Assembly (NCBI GenBank): GCA_002633005.1
Contig: NMRA01000001.1
Location: 2,210,933-2,274,932, forward strand
Length of the DNA: 64,000 nucleotides
Origin: Phoronis australis
Taxonomy: Eukaryota; Animalia; Phoronida
Direction of reading: 5' to 3'
Part shown: positions 13,394 through 26,200 of the stretch, in pieces
Numbering within the stretch: position 1 is the stretch's first letter
How the letters are laid out: the number at the start of each line of letters is the position of its first letter
Notes under the pieces: model-generated
What the model saw: only the letters and a program-made list of their open reading frames with translations
Told to the model about the DNA's origin: nothing
The model's database searches: none
Made by a program: the position numbers and the translations under genes

Positions 13394-14136
13394 ACCAAGC
13401 GTTCGGTGAGGTGAATCAACTCGGAGGAGTTTTCGTAAATGGCCGACCATTGCCGAATGCCATCCGACTGCGAATAGTTGAGATGGCGCAGCTTGGAGTC
13501 CGACCCTGTGACATCAGCAGGCAACTTCGGGTATCACATGGATGTGTTAGTAAAATTCTGGCGAGGTACCACGAAACAGGGTCGATACTTCCAGGAGCGA
13601 TAGGGGGGAGTAAGCCGCGGGTGACCACACCTAACGTTGTGAAACACATAAAAATGTACAAGGAACGTGACCCTGGTATATTTGCCTGGGAAATACGAGA
13701 TAAACTTCTTTCGGACGGTGTCTGTGATAAATTCAACGTGCCCTCGGTTAGTTCCATCAGCCGGATATTACGTAACAAACTAGGGAGTATACAACAACAG
13801 CAGTTCGACCCGTATAAAGACTCTAAACCCCTGTATAACCTCTACCCTTACTCGTGCGCAAGCGGAGGACCCCCTCTTTCACCCGGCAACAATCTCGTCT
13901 CACAACCACAGAACGTTAACATGCCGCCAATGGCAAAACCAACGAACCACCCATCAGCGGTGATGCGATGGCCGTCCTCGCACGCTATGAATAACATTCT
14001 TGGCTTGAGGCAATCTTGCAACCAGGCGCAGGAGAACTCGTGTATGCTCAACAACCCGTATAAACATCACGATTCTGGACAGTACAATTACTACCACATG
14101 CCTTCGACAGTTCCTTCGATGTATCTCCAGAGTTGA
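13394..14136 (+). CDS. Pax1/9: Pax1/9 (Pax1/Pax9/Pox-meso class) paired-box transcription factor, main coding exon
   Basis: Translation (D)[82 protein letters not shown]...[36 protein letters not shown] is a complete group-I paired domain. It is followed by the octapeptide-like [12 protein letters not shown] and has no homeodomain. The acceptor ttttccttgcag ends at 13393, so the exon opens AC CAA GCG TTC (phase 1). The ORF-track start at 13411 (GTG) is not the real start. TGA ends at 14136. Confidence 0.96.
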
Positions 14137-14380
14137 TAACGCCGTCGACACGAAACAGGTGTCAGACTTCCATCACTCCTCACACTCTCCGTATTTATAC
14201 AATCTGGATTCGACAGAGATAGGACATGTGCCTGAATATAAACAGAAAAAACACGACCGTATTAGTTTTGTGTGTGGTGAACCCGCCTCGCTGCCTTGCA
14301 CTTTTGCCAGTACAAACCTTCCGAGAAGGTCGCACATGGCCTTCGATGTATGGAACAAATTCTTCTGTTAGTTTCTTCCA

Positions 14381-14386
14381 AATAAA
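14381..14386 (+). terminator. Candidate Pax1/9 polyadenylation signal
   Basis: AATAAA about 245 nt after the stop, followed by GT/T-rich sequence (gtgttgt, gttgttttgtt). Confidence 0.4.
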
Positions 14387-15065
14387 ATTTCGCATAAAGT
14401 AAATATGGAAGCAAAAGTGTTGTAAAGTCATAAATTATTAGCTGCTTGAAATGGAATCCTTGACGATACAAAGTTGTTTTGTTATATTGGTGTGTATGAG
14501 ACTTGTACATAAATATGTTTGTTAAATTGGAAAGCACGCTCATTTTTGCATGTTTAAATTTCATCGACTTCCACAATTGACTTTCACAAACATAAGTAAC
14601 CATGGCACAGATGTCTCGTTGGTCAGAATATTTCGCTCCTTTTTGCTGCACCACCATTTATGCGAACGAAGACTATTGAGACTGGCGAAGTAGCCCACCG
14701 TTCTACAAGTCAATAGGGATTTCTAAACGTGCATTGTTTGTTTCGCGAGAACGACTTTTGCAGTTTAACTTATAGTTCCCTTTTGTTGGTCGATTTTTCG
14801 GACGAAAATATATTAAATAGTATAGGTTAGATGTTATCGATGATGGCGCGACCTCTATGAACACAAACGTAAAATACCACTACGAACTTTAAAAAAATGC
14901 CAGCTTCTAAGACTGAATTTTTAACTTAGGCAACAATATTACAGGAAAGCTATATTTCAAGATTTATAAACATCTGCCAGACTTACATGATTATAGATCC
15001 GTAGAAATGCAAGGGACATCTTTCGTTTATCAATCATCAACGACCGATTGTTCTCTGGAGATCTG

Positions 15066-15432
15066 GGGCCGGTTGCTTGAAACAGATCCTGTTATGGACA
15101 CAACTATGGTCCTGTTTGTGGTTTGTGAAAAGACCGACTGTCATTTCTTCTGCTAGTTATTCTGGATTCCTAAGTTTAGTTGTAGCTTTGGATCATATTG
15201 AGAGTAAACTCTTCATTGATATCTTCACATTATCGAAAATCACTGCTTCGTTTCTAATTTAAGGACTGTCGGAGACTTATTTTCATTTAAATCAAAGCTC
15301 AGTCAGGAAGTGTCGTACATAAAAGAGGAGATCGCAATAATGATAATATGCATGAATTGAGTCCTCAAATGCGCAGACGATTTAGGGAACGTTGTGAAGT
15401 ACGTACATGGGACTGTTTCATGCAACTGGGCA
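15066..15432. mobile_element. Second, more diverged copy of the Harbinger-like MITE family, CTG TSD
   Basis: ctg|gggccggttgcttgaaacag ... gggactgtttcatgcaactgggca|ctg. Confidence 0.7.
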
Positions 15433-15959
15433 CTGAGGCCCGTTTTAACAAGGGACACAAATCCGGTCTTAGCTAAGACGATCGCACCATTGATTTAAAT
15501 TTGCATCAAGTTACCTTGCCTGCCAGTGTCTTAGTTGGGCCGACCAAGAGATAGAAGTGAACCCTGCCAGCCGTTCAGTAACGCTAGGGCCTCGCTAAAA
15601 AGCAAGACTTCGCGAGATTACATTGAGATAATGTGTATTTTAAATAAGTACACGTGATTTTGGCTAGATTTGAGCAAGGTCCCAGCGTATGTCTCAGGGT
15701 TACTGAATTCTACCCAAGTCTTTACTTAACACGAAATTAACATATTATGCCCTCACAAACAATGTCGTGTACTAGGCAGTTCAAAGTTACATTATAATTT
15801 ATCATTTCAGTCAAAGGGAATAACAACATGCCTGTGGTACGTTTTGCGGTATTTCCACGGATAAATACGCCTTGCAAACTGCTTACATTTGTGTTCAACA
15901 GTTTGAATTGCAATAATCAAAATTGGTGCACTTAGTATACGGTACCATCAGTTCAACAC

Positions 15960-16282
15960 TTTCTGACATTTTTGGGCCAAAAAGCCTAGTTAGTTCTGGT
16001 CTGTACTCCGACTCATTCTGAGACCTGCGTTCACGGACTATAAAACGCCCTACCGCACCACTTGCAGCCAAAGTCTGGCGTTTTTTTTTTTGAAAAGCTG
16101 CAGAAAGGCACGTAAGCAAGAGTTAGCACTATTTGAAACGCCGTGATTAGCCAGGAGATGAGTAAAAAACAAATCCTGCATAATTTTTGCTCGTCACGGT
16201 TGGATTCTCTTTTTTGAAAAGGTAAGCAAGTAAAAAAAAAAACCGCACAACCGACTCTAGATTTTCAAAAACAGACTAGAAC
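15960..16282 (+). repeat. Repeat arm, inverted partner at about 19915-20230
   Basis: gatgagtaaaaaacaaatcctgcat...ccgcacaaccgactctagattttcaaaaacagac matches the reverse complement of 19915-20035. Similarity extends to about 20230. Confidence 0.65.
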
Positions 16283-16393
16283 CAGCCATGCTGCGTGTGG
16301 AACTACCAAGCAAATAAACTGCGTAACAGATAAGTCGGAAAACATACACACCAACAACCAATGATTGTGTAATATGCAAACATTTTCTGAAAC

Positions 16394-17612
16394 ACGATGT
16401 TGAAACAAATGCGGCGAAACGTGAACGAAATGAAGAAACGAGTACGTAAAGAAAAATTTTCGAAGCGCACACCATTCGATATTCGTTAACTTTTTTGCAA
16501 TGGTGGATAAATTCGCTTCGTTCCTCTGTTTAGCTTCACAAGGTTTTAACGATAAGGTTCAAATACGTAATTTTTGTGCCACGTCTTTCGCACAACCTGA
16601 TCTACGTGTTTCAGATGTGCTTCCCCAGTAAACATTCTATTGCCCTGTTAGTGATCGAAAAGACGACATTATAGATCACGATAACGGTAAAGATAGCTTA
16701 TGGCTTTCTTTTCACAAGTTCTGAACATATCATCAACCTTGCTCAATCGAGAGATGTCGCTGAGTGAGATAGGAACATTTCGTAAATTGCAGCTCTGTGT
16801 GTAAATGCACTTTTACGATAAATTTTTAAGTTCATTTAAAATGAAGTTCATTGTCATTCGACTATGGCAGATATTTTGTTGGTGCACCACCAAAATTTAC
16901 AAAAAATGAACTTCGAACATTCCGTATTAAATTCTCTAGATTTAAAAATAANNNNNNNNNNNNNNNNNNNNNNNNNNNNNNNNNNNNNNNNNNNNNNNNN
17001 NNNNNNNNNNNNNNNNNNNNNNNNNNNNNNNNNNNNNNNNNNNNNNNNNNNNNNACGATCTTGAAACAAATGCGGCGAAACGTGAACGAAATGAAGAAAC
17101 GAGTACGTAAAGAAAAATTTTCGAAGCGCACACCATTCGATATTCGTTAACTTTTTTGCAATTGTGGATAAATTCGCTTCGTTCCTCTGTTTAGCTTCAC
17201 AAGGTTTTAACGATAAGGTTCAAATACGTAATTTTTGTGCCACGTCTTTCGCACAACCTGATCTACGTGTTTCAGATGTGCTTCCCAAGTAAACATTCTA
17301 TTGCCCTGTTAGTGATCGAAAAGACGACATTATAGATCACGATAACGGTAAAGATAGCTTATGGCTTTCTTTTCACAAGTTCTGAACATATCATCAACCT
17401 TGCTCAATCGAGAGATGTCGCTGAGTGAGATAGGAACATTTCGTAAATTGCAGCTCTGTGTGTAAATGCACTTTTACGATAAATTTTTAAGTTCATTTAA
17501 AATGAAGTTCATTGTCATTCGACTATGGCAGATATTTTGTTGGTGCACCACCAAAATTTACAAAAAATGAACTTCGAACATTCCGTATTAAATTCTCTAG
17601 ATTTAAAAATAA
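16394..17612. other. Gap-flanking duplication (558 bp x2 around 103 N), probable assembly/haplotype artefact
   Basis: 16394-16951 recurs at 17055-17612 with only a few substitutions, directly either side of the N-run 16952-17054. Confidence 0.85.
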
Positions 17613-19384
17613 TGTCTTATTGAATAGATTTTGACTGAATTGGTTTGCTCATTAAATTTTAGCTAAGATAAAGCAAAAAATATTTCTTAAAGTTGAACAT
17701 AACATTTTTAGGTCTTCTTGCCATTGTATATAAATGATACCTGTTGGTTGATACATGTCGTTTTACGGTTGTGCGAATAGTCTTTTTTCTTTGTGGATAA
17801 GCATTTTTCCTTGATTAAACCCATCGGTGATAAATCACCGATATTCACCGTTAGTCCTACTCCTGGACATGGATTTCGACTAATACGTGATCGAGCGCAA
17901 TTAAGCCAATCTCAATAGAAACGTCTTCAACGTTTTAAAGGCAAGTTACTCATGAACTCTCCGGAATATTAAATTATTTGAATTTTAAATTATTTATGTT
18001 CTTATTGTGATTCATCAATAAAATAAGTTAAAATTATTACCGCACCAAAAAACAATGCCATTGAAAGTCAGTGTTGATACTCGTTTCAAGAGTTTACATT
18101 TTCATAACCGTTTGAAGCTCTGGGAAACGAAGATCATTTCTTAAAACATTGCTATGCTGGCGCTCGTGAAAGGAACGCCCACTGCTTAGGTGTGACGAAA
18201 TAACAACGATCGCACACCAGCTTCATTAGCAACCTGCATCGTCTCGGGATGGGTGGTTAGCTGCAAGCACCCGTTAAATTCCTCAGCTGAAGTATACGTC
18301 CATTCGTTTTGCGATGTCCGCCTGCGCATCAAAATGTTTGACGGCCAAACACCGAATGACGCGCTTGTAGCTCGTAGATTCATCAGCGTGATTTGCTGAT
18401 GGAAAACTACGAGGCTGAAATTTAGACGAATTGCGTTTTTAAACATAGCGAAAATGTAAGGAAAAAGTGGGGAAAAATTAACTTGCTGACACCGCTATAA
18501 TTTTTATTTTACATAGAGCTGAAAATCTTAGTTTCGGACATCATATGATTACAAAAGAAATATTCTAATTCATATCCCGCACCCTCGCTTTTACGCCTCG
18601 AGAAAAGTTTACTCACTGTAATGAACATCATTTCATAACGTTTTTTATATCGTATTCGTTACTGTAAACATTTCAATCGCGTTTTTTACAAATAAAGAAC
18701 TATTGTTGCGTGTAAAGCTAATTTTTTTTAGGTTTCTCTAAGATGCTGCATCTAAGTACCATTGATCGCCTGTTCCGTGATGGTAAACAGTTTTTGAAAA
18801 AAAAATCTATTATTTTTGCCGTTCGTGATATACGTTAGATTTTAAGCTATTACCGTGACCTCGAAATGAAACGTGTTCATTTCGCCGTAGGTCGTTACCT
18901 AGATTTGTCGTAAGCTCATGAGACGATTATCTGATTGTCTTATACTGTAATATTACAACATGTATGAAGAACTAAAGTGCCTTTTACATGTGCGTCAGTT
19001 ACAAACAGTGATGAATAATCCCATTAGCCCGAAAACATAGATCGCAGTGAATTCGTAGAGACCCTGTGAAGAGACTTTTTCTGATAGGCCTAAGTGCGCA
19101 ACTTTCAGTTACCTTTAGCAACAGGAAAGTGTCGCTGTGTTTCATGAATATGGTTCAAATTCAAAATTTTTGATTGATTTTTCTTTTGAGCGGGTGACTA
19201 ACTCTTAGATCTGATTTTACTCTGAACACTTCTTCAAACGCATAATGTGCACAGTGGATTGTCAACCTTGTGAGTAAATACAGAATTTGTCGAAAACAAA
19301 TTACAAAAACGACCAGTTTCAGGTGTAAGCATGTCTTAACCATCACCACGATCATTTTAGCCACATGGTGAACGAACTTGGAAT

Positions 19385-19715
19385 TTAAATGTTAAGCTTC
19401 ATTTCGTCCTGTTTAGCTCGCTCACTCTAATTGAATCGGTCTCACTCTAATCCTTATCGTGATAGGATTCTATTTCCGTTTCCAAAGCAAGTCACAGGTA
19501 ATGCATACATAGCTTTTTTCGTATTCGCAACTTTAGGGTTGCTCAACACGAATAAATTCTGAAGCGTTTTCGCTGGTGATGATTTCGATGTTCTTGTTGG
19601 TAACGGAAATATAATCTTATCATGGTGAGGAGTGTTATGAGATCTATTTTATGAGAGCAAGAGGCCTAATTCGATTTTCGTTTTTAGCCAGCAAGACGAG
19701 GCAAACTGCACCTTT
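19385..19715. repeat. Diverged dispersed foldback repeat (paralog at about 3095-3470)
   Basis: Internal inverted arms at about 19438-19490 and 19591-19645, plus similarity to 3095-3470. Confidence 0.5.
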
Positions 19716-19914
19716 AATAAGAAGGTTTAAAATTTTGACATTTTTCTTCTAGAAAGTTCTTCTTTCGTATAACCTTAGAAGTTACGAATATTACATGCAT
19801 CAATTTCACCATTCATTGTCGCGTAAGATTTTTATCTGCTAATGATGTTGTTTTTTGAAAATTCGACTGTAAACTGTTTGATAAAAATGAAAATTAGGCC
19901 AAAAGCATAGTTGT

Positions 19915-20230
19915 TTTTGGTCTGTTTTTGAAAATCGAGTCGGTGGTGCGGTATTTTTAGTTGCTCAATTTTTCGAAAAAGAAAATCCACCCGAGACGAT
20001 AAAAAGATGCGGGATTTGTTTTCTTTTTACTCATCGTTTGGCAAATCATAATTCTTTAAACCTTGCTTACGTGCTTTCGCGCGGCTTTTCAAAAAAAGAA
20101 CACGAGACCACGAGACCTTGGCCGAAATTAATGCGTCGGGCGTTTTCTAGTCAGTTACGGGAAGACTCAGTTGGGGAACAGAACAGAACCAACTGTACTT
20201 TTTTGACTAATAAAACGACTGGTCAGAAAA
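19915..20230 (-). repeat. Repeat arm, inverted partner at about 15960-16282
   Basis: tctgtttttgaaaatcgagtcggtggtgcgg...gggatttgttttctttttactcatc is the diverged reverse complement of 16147-16276. Confidence 0.65.
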
Positions 20231-23200
20231 AGATCTTGCCAGCAAATGGGAATAACTGTGGGGTTACGTATGTCAAAGGTCATCGTAAATCATATTATTT
20301 TCATAAATGGTTGAAATATTTGCATTCCACGACTCCAATATTTCAGAAAAGCCGTGCATCAAGAAAACTACAACTTAGCACTGTGCTCCGTGCATCCAAG
20401 GAGACAAATCTGACGAAACGGAGACTGCTTGTGAACACCATTCCGGCAATAGTTTCTGACATTCTAAAGAGGTTTTTGTTTGAAGGCGATACCCCAGTCG
20501 TCACTTCAACATTTCAATACCGGGTTTTCGTCTCCCTTTGATCCGGCGCAGAGCCGGGTAAGCAGTCTCAAAAATATGCGTGAGCGAGAGAAACACTCTT
20601 GGTACGTGTCAGGCCCTCAAAGACGTACGCACGAGGCGAGATCTGCGGATTATTTTCGACTTTCGTTGCGTGCGTCAGACTCCAAAGCTTGTTGTTCTCT
20701 CGCACCGACTCACTTTACCGCGTTTCACTGCATACATGGCATTTTATTCGTTTGATGACCGCTTTGAAATTCACAGCATATGTAATGGGATATCATCGTC
20801 GAGATATCATGCAAGTGTATTCCTAAAAGATGAAATATTAGTTGTTTTTAGATTAAATATTCCAATATGTCTGAATGAAACACACGTGAGCGTTTCAAAT
20901 CTGTACATTTTTCATTGCATCTGTCTTACTAGTTCCTTGATGTGTTTGAAATAAATACTTTCTACGTTGCGTTTTACTTCAAAATTTTCATTTTTCGAAG
21001 AACCCAACTTATTGGTTTTAAAACCTTCTTGTTTTAGTTGAAATAAATATTCGATCATATTTTGAATGTTTTTAATCGTTTCCATAGATTGTAAGGGGCA
21101 TTATCGCTTTTACGACTGAATAACGCATTTTGTGTAATTTAACGATAGACGGTACGGGAAAAAACCTTTTTGAAGTTATTCGCTTTGACCGGACCTATAA
21201 AATAACTAATCCGTTGTATTTTTGTGATTTCTCGCCATGGTCTGTCAGACATTCGCTGAAATTGAGGCTGGTGACTTTACCTCTGCCATTTATCTAGTGT
21301 TAGCTACGAAAGCAGAATGATTGAGTGTGACCGCTAAGGTTCTGGGTTCGCTTCCTCGCTGGGCTGATCTCAAAAACTCGTCGCAATGTCACTTTAAAGA
21401 AAGAAGGCAATTTCGTCCCGATAATGGCAGTGGTGGTTAATTGTTTTAAATCATAGCTAGTATTCCACGAATTCCTTGGAAATGTATGTTCATTGGGGCG
21501 ACTTTTAATGTTAAAACTTTTCATTGAGTTAACTATTTTCATAGTTTTTAATGGAAAAAGGAAAGAAGTTTGTCAAGCACTTTAAAACTGCCATTGGCTC
21601 AATTCCATTTCTACAATGTTAGCTCATTTTGAACTTATTGAAGAAGACATTAACATGTACACAGACTTTTCGCGATTGGTTACGACTTCACTGCCGAATG
21701 TGGGGCAGGAGCCCAAGGGATCCAGTAACCCCCTCCGGGCACGACTTAAAACGGCGCCAGCATGCCCCCTAGCGACATCCTAAATCCACCAGCAGAATTA
21801 TTGAATGTTAAATCCACGTGATGTTATTACGGGACAATTCAGCAAAGGACTCCGATGGAATATGGCACAACTGAGCAACCATCATATTATGCCCTGAATA
21901 AAAACCATTAGATCAACAACCCTTCATTCCAAACACATCATATGAAATATGTAAACTTTGGGCTTTTCAACCAAAATATAACTATAGCAGGTTGTAAAAA
22001 ATTCTACTCGCAGTACATAACACATAAATATACATGGAAACCGTGTTGGTGGGCGTATTGCATCACAACGTTATGTGGCCAAAACGCTGGTTTTGCTACT
22101 GTCTGTATGTCATTTAGTTCTTGTAATGCTCAAACCTTTCACAGTTTAATGTGTCCGTTCTTGCCTTGTGCTGTGTGCTTGTAGTCATCATGAAATTGTT
22201 TCTATCTGTTTTTAAAATGCTGCTTTCTGGTATGGCACTTTCCAGTATTTTCTCTCTTGCAGGCTCTGTAACTAGTTAAAGATTCTTATAATTTAACAGA
22301 AATGTTCACCAGGGTTTTGTGTAGTTTATGTACGAAGAGACTTCATGTTTGTCGATTTGGGGTTTTGCCCTGCTACCAGGTTGGGTCATCAATTTGATCC
22401 TGGGTTCTTGAGGTCGTATTTCGATTTTATTTGCGTTTTTTCTTATGATTGAATTTCATCATGAATATTAATTTAGTTACACGTGTTAATTTAATTCAAA
22501 TTTCAATGCTCAATAAACGTCAGTTATGATATCATTCACGTACATCATTTCAGCCAGGGTAATATAAAAATATACTCAAACCGTATGAAGTGTTTATTTT
22601 ATTAGGGGTTCCGTGATAAAATATCAATTTAATTGTCGTTCGTTGCATAACATATTCAATGACAAAGAAATTTACGAAGGGGAAAAATACAAACAATTTG
22701 TACATTGTTTTTGTGCGTGTGTTTTTCATATTTGTCTAAGTACCAGCTAAGAAGCCGCGGTTGCTTTAGAACATAATTTTAGCACTGCTCGAGCCGACGG
22801 GTATTATATTTCTGTTTAATGATTTTAACAGAGTGTTATTTACGGTAGGCAACCGTCAAACAATGTCTTAAAACGCACAATTTCACACGAAGTGCCCAAG
22901 CATTTGAAGTTTAGAAAGATAACTGGATGTAATTCATGCTGACCCGACTATTTTTTAATAAGCGATCTCAACAATATTTACAATAGCGCCGACGTTTCAA
23001 TTTATACGTAACAACTTCAATCATATTCAGGACTGTTGAAAAAAGAACAAACAAAAGGTTGTCAAGATTGATAACGGGAAGCATAAAAAACGAGATAATG
23101 TCGACGCTATCACTGTGGTAATGCTTTGCCAAATTCGGCTAAAACGAATTAAGTTGTTTGCGACAAGGTACTTTTCTCATTAGTTTTCCAACAAAACAAG

Positions 23201-26200
23201 GAGAAACTGAAATTAATTAATTAAATGCTGCGACACACTAAGGCTGCGTACGGGAATGGTGCATTTTCTTGCGTTGTTTTCATTGACGTTAGTTTTCATT
23301 GTGGACTAAAAGAAATATTGTCTGTTATGCCTGAAGTGTAGGAATTCCACTTGGCATCATGCGAATTCCTTACATCTGCTATTGCGTAAATATCATCATA
23401 GGCCGAATGTTGCTCACTTGTTGTGTGCAGTTGTGATTTATCTGTGATGTTTTGAAAACATTATACGGGGCATCAGTTGCTAATGAGGCCAGAGTCACTA
23501 GAAAGTTATACAGTCAGTTGATGAAAGGCTGTGTGCAGATATTTCACCCGGCCGCTACTAATGTTTCCCAGCCAACGACTGTTATCTCGGGTCTATTGCT
23601 GGCATTATCGGATCCCGGTAAGCAAAAGAAATTCGTTCGAGATATTTTCTAAAACTCCGCAGGAACATTGAAGGGGAAGTTTTACTACTTTTGTAGATAA
23701 TGTTGAAAAATCACAGTTATTTTTCTAAAACGTTGAAACAATTTCGAGAGAGACTTCTCGCAAAAATTCTGTATAATTTGTTATTATTCCAATGCTACAA
23801 ATCAAAGATGAAATTTCAGTTGAAACAAAATAACGTTAATAATTGCCAAGTTAGTATGGCGTGAATATAAGGCAGAACGTAGATATTTCATTTTGTCTAT
23901 TATCACTACACAAGTAGATATTTGGACGATAGATTATAACATATGGATAACAAGTTACAAAATTTGGATTAAAAGTTACAAAGTTTGGTCTCATGCCTGA
24001 TATAAGCGATTCGTGACTCAGTGTAAACAATACAAAAAATATCGTAGACTTATCTAACAAATGAACAATTTTATGAAGATGAAATTATAGCTTATTGGGT
24101 CTGGCACAACACTGGAGTCAATTCGTGTTTTATTCGTTTTCTTTCAAGCAACACCGATTCATACAGTCCAGTAGCTCAAATCTGGCTAACCTTGACTGAC
24201 ACAGTCGATCTGCTTGCATATTTCATGTCCAGTCTCCTACGTGTATAAGCCTTGAAAGTTTTATGGACTCACTGTAAACCAAACTTTATTTATAATACAA
24301 CAACTGCTTGAAATATGGCTGTAAATTTCCCAGACGGCGTTTTGATTTTTATTGAAGGTTCAGAGATATACATCGCAGATTTTCAGGATAAGAAATTCTT
24401 TAGAGCAACTGCTCCAGAGTCTAATTTTTATACATTTAGCCGAAATTTCAACCACAGTTGGATGCAAAAACAGTGGTGCGTATGTAGCAAGAATACTGTT
24501 TTCACTTTTGTCTGGGCGATTTTGCCTTAACATCAAATATTTATGAAAGAAATAATTTCTACGATAAAGCCCGTGTACGAACCAGTCTGAGGGAACAAGA
24601 GGTTTGGAGAGCACATGACTGTTCAGAAGAGACAGGACACGGAAAAAGATGCCAGACGCAATATACCTCTCGCGGGTTTCCCAACTTAGCAGAAAATCGG
24701 GACAAATTGAACATCTTATTGCATAAGGTCTATAAGTCCTGCAAATTTAGAACCAGCATGAGGTCTCACTGACAAAGCTCAGACGAATTCCCGCTGTGTA
24801 GTAACAGGTTAGCACCATGGCGCCAAGGGAAGTAGGACTAAAATACACTTCGCAGTGACTCGCTATTCAGTCTATATGTTGCGCATATTGTTCTATTTAC
24901 ATTTATTATAATTTATGGAGATTCCTCAGCTATGAATGTTATGCACTCGTGCTCATGCTGGTATTTTAGGATCTGCGAGGTGTTACACTTCTGTTACCTT
25001 TGGCTGCACACTGGTAATAATATTTTACACAGTGTACAAATAAGAAAATAAGATCACGTCTCCAGTAAATTTTGGGAATTACCTAAATGAATATTTACTC
25101 TGACGTGTACGAAAACAACAACACATCTCCAAAATTGACAATTATTACACAATTTAACTGAGGAGTTACGTCATATCACCGATGAGTATCGTACTTGATG
25201 GTCATTTTCATTATTTATTCACTTATTATGTTATTTATTATCAGTATTGTTTTCATAGTAATTCGCCATCTCAGCATTATTCCGTCTTACCCATTCCGTT
25301 GTATTTTTTTAACTGAATATTTCATAGTGTTTTGGATTAAAGTATTTAAAATTATTATTTTTATTACCATCATTGTTATTATTATTATATGTGAAAACTT
25401 TACATTTTCGTGCGCCATCGCCAAGCTGCAACTTCAGTCAGATTTACGAAAGATAAAACCTAACACAGTGCAAATGTTTACCATTGTGTTTACTTTTTAT
25501 CACGGAAGTGTTAAATGTCTTGTATGGAGTCTGTTACAACGAAGTTAGAGGAGTCTTTTACTCACTAATTATTAATTAATTAGCTAATATGCAATTAACA
25601 GTTGACTTGACATCACACATTTTTGTATTATTTCGTCATCTGCTCATTAATCTGTAATTTATTTACCATAACATTTGCACAATCTGTTCAATCAATTCTA
25701 GCGTCTATTTTTTCAGTGCATACAGCAAGCTGGAGATATCGAAGGCTTGCTCGTTAAGATTTATAGGTCGACGATTTGTTTAATATACACCGACAGAAGC
25801 GCAAGGGATAAGTTTTAATGAAGTAAGTGTACTTAGCACTGAGGGCTGAGGCGGTGCACATTAGTCAAGACTCTTGACAGTTTAACCTACTAACACACGC
25901 GCGCGCGAGCCACTGCCCGGCGATGGCTGTGGATCAGAATAATCTCTCAGATTTACAGTCGAGCTTAATTAAGTCGACCTGACCCGTGAAAAAACATCGA
26001 GCTCTCGTGTGGTTCTCGCCTTTTAGCCTCGGCTATTATCGGCTGTAGATGATACAGATTAGACTGGGAGAGCCTTGAGAACTCGCTCATTACCGAAGAG
26101 AAATATCTCTTGATTGTTATTGAGAAGTGTAAACGAGCGGAGAGTGTAAACTTTCTGTTGGGCCGAAAGAAAAATGAACATTCCGTGCGCGATCTGTGAA

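Noticed and set aside
13416-13778. 120-aa antisense ORF over the paired box
   Set aside because: Shadow frame of the Pax1/9 CDS with no independent signal.
16394-17612. Apparent tandem duplication (also 53653-53833 and 55866-56696)
   Set aside because: Each is centred exactly on N characters with allele-level differences, so uncollapsed haplotype overlap is the best explanation.
20038-20954. 167-aa and 124-aa ORFs
   Set aside because: Non-ATG starts, no recognisable domain, and partly inside a repeat arm.
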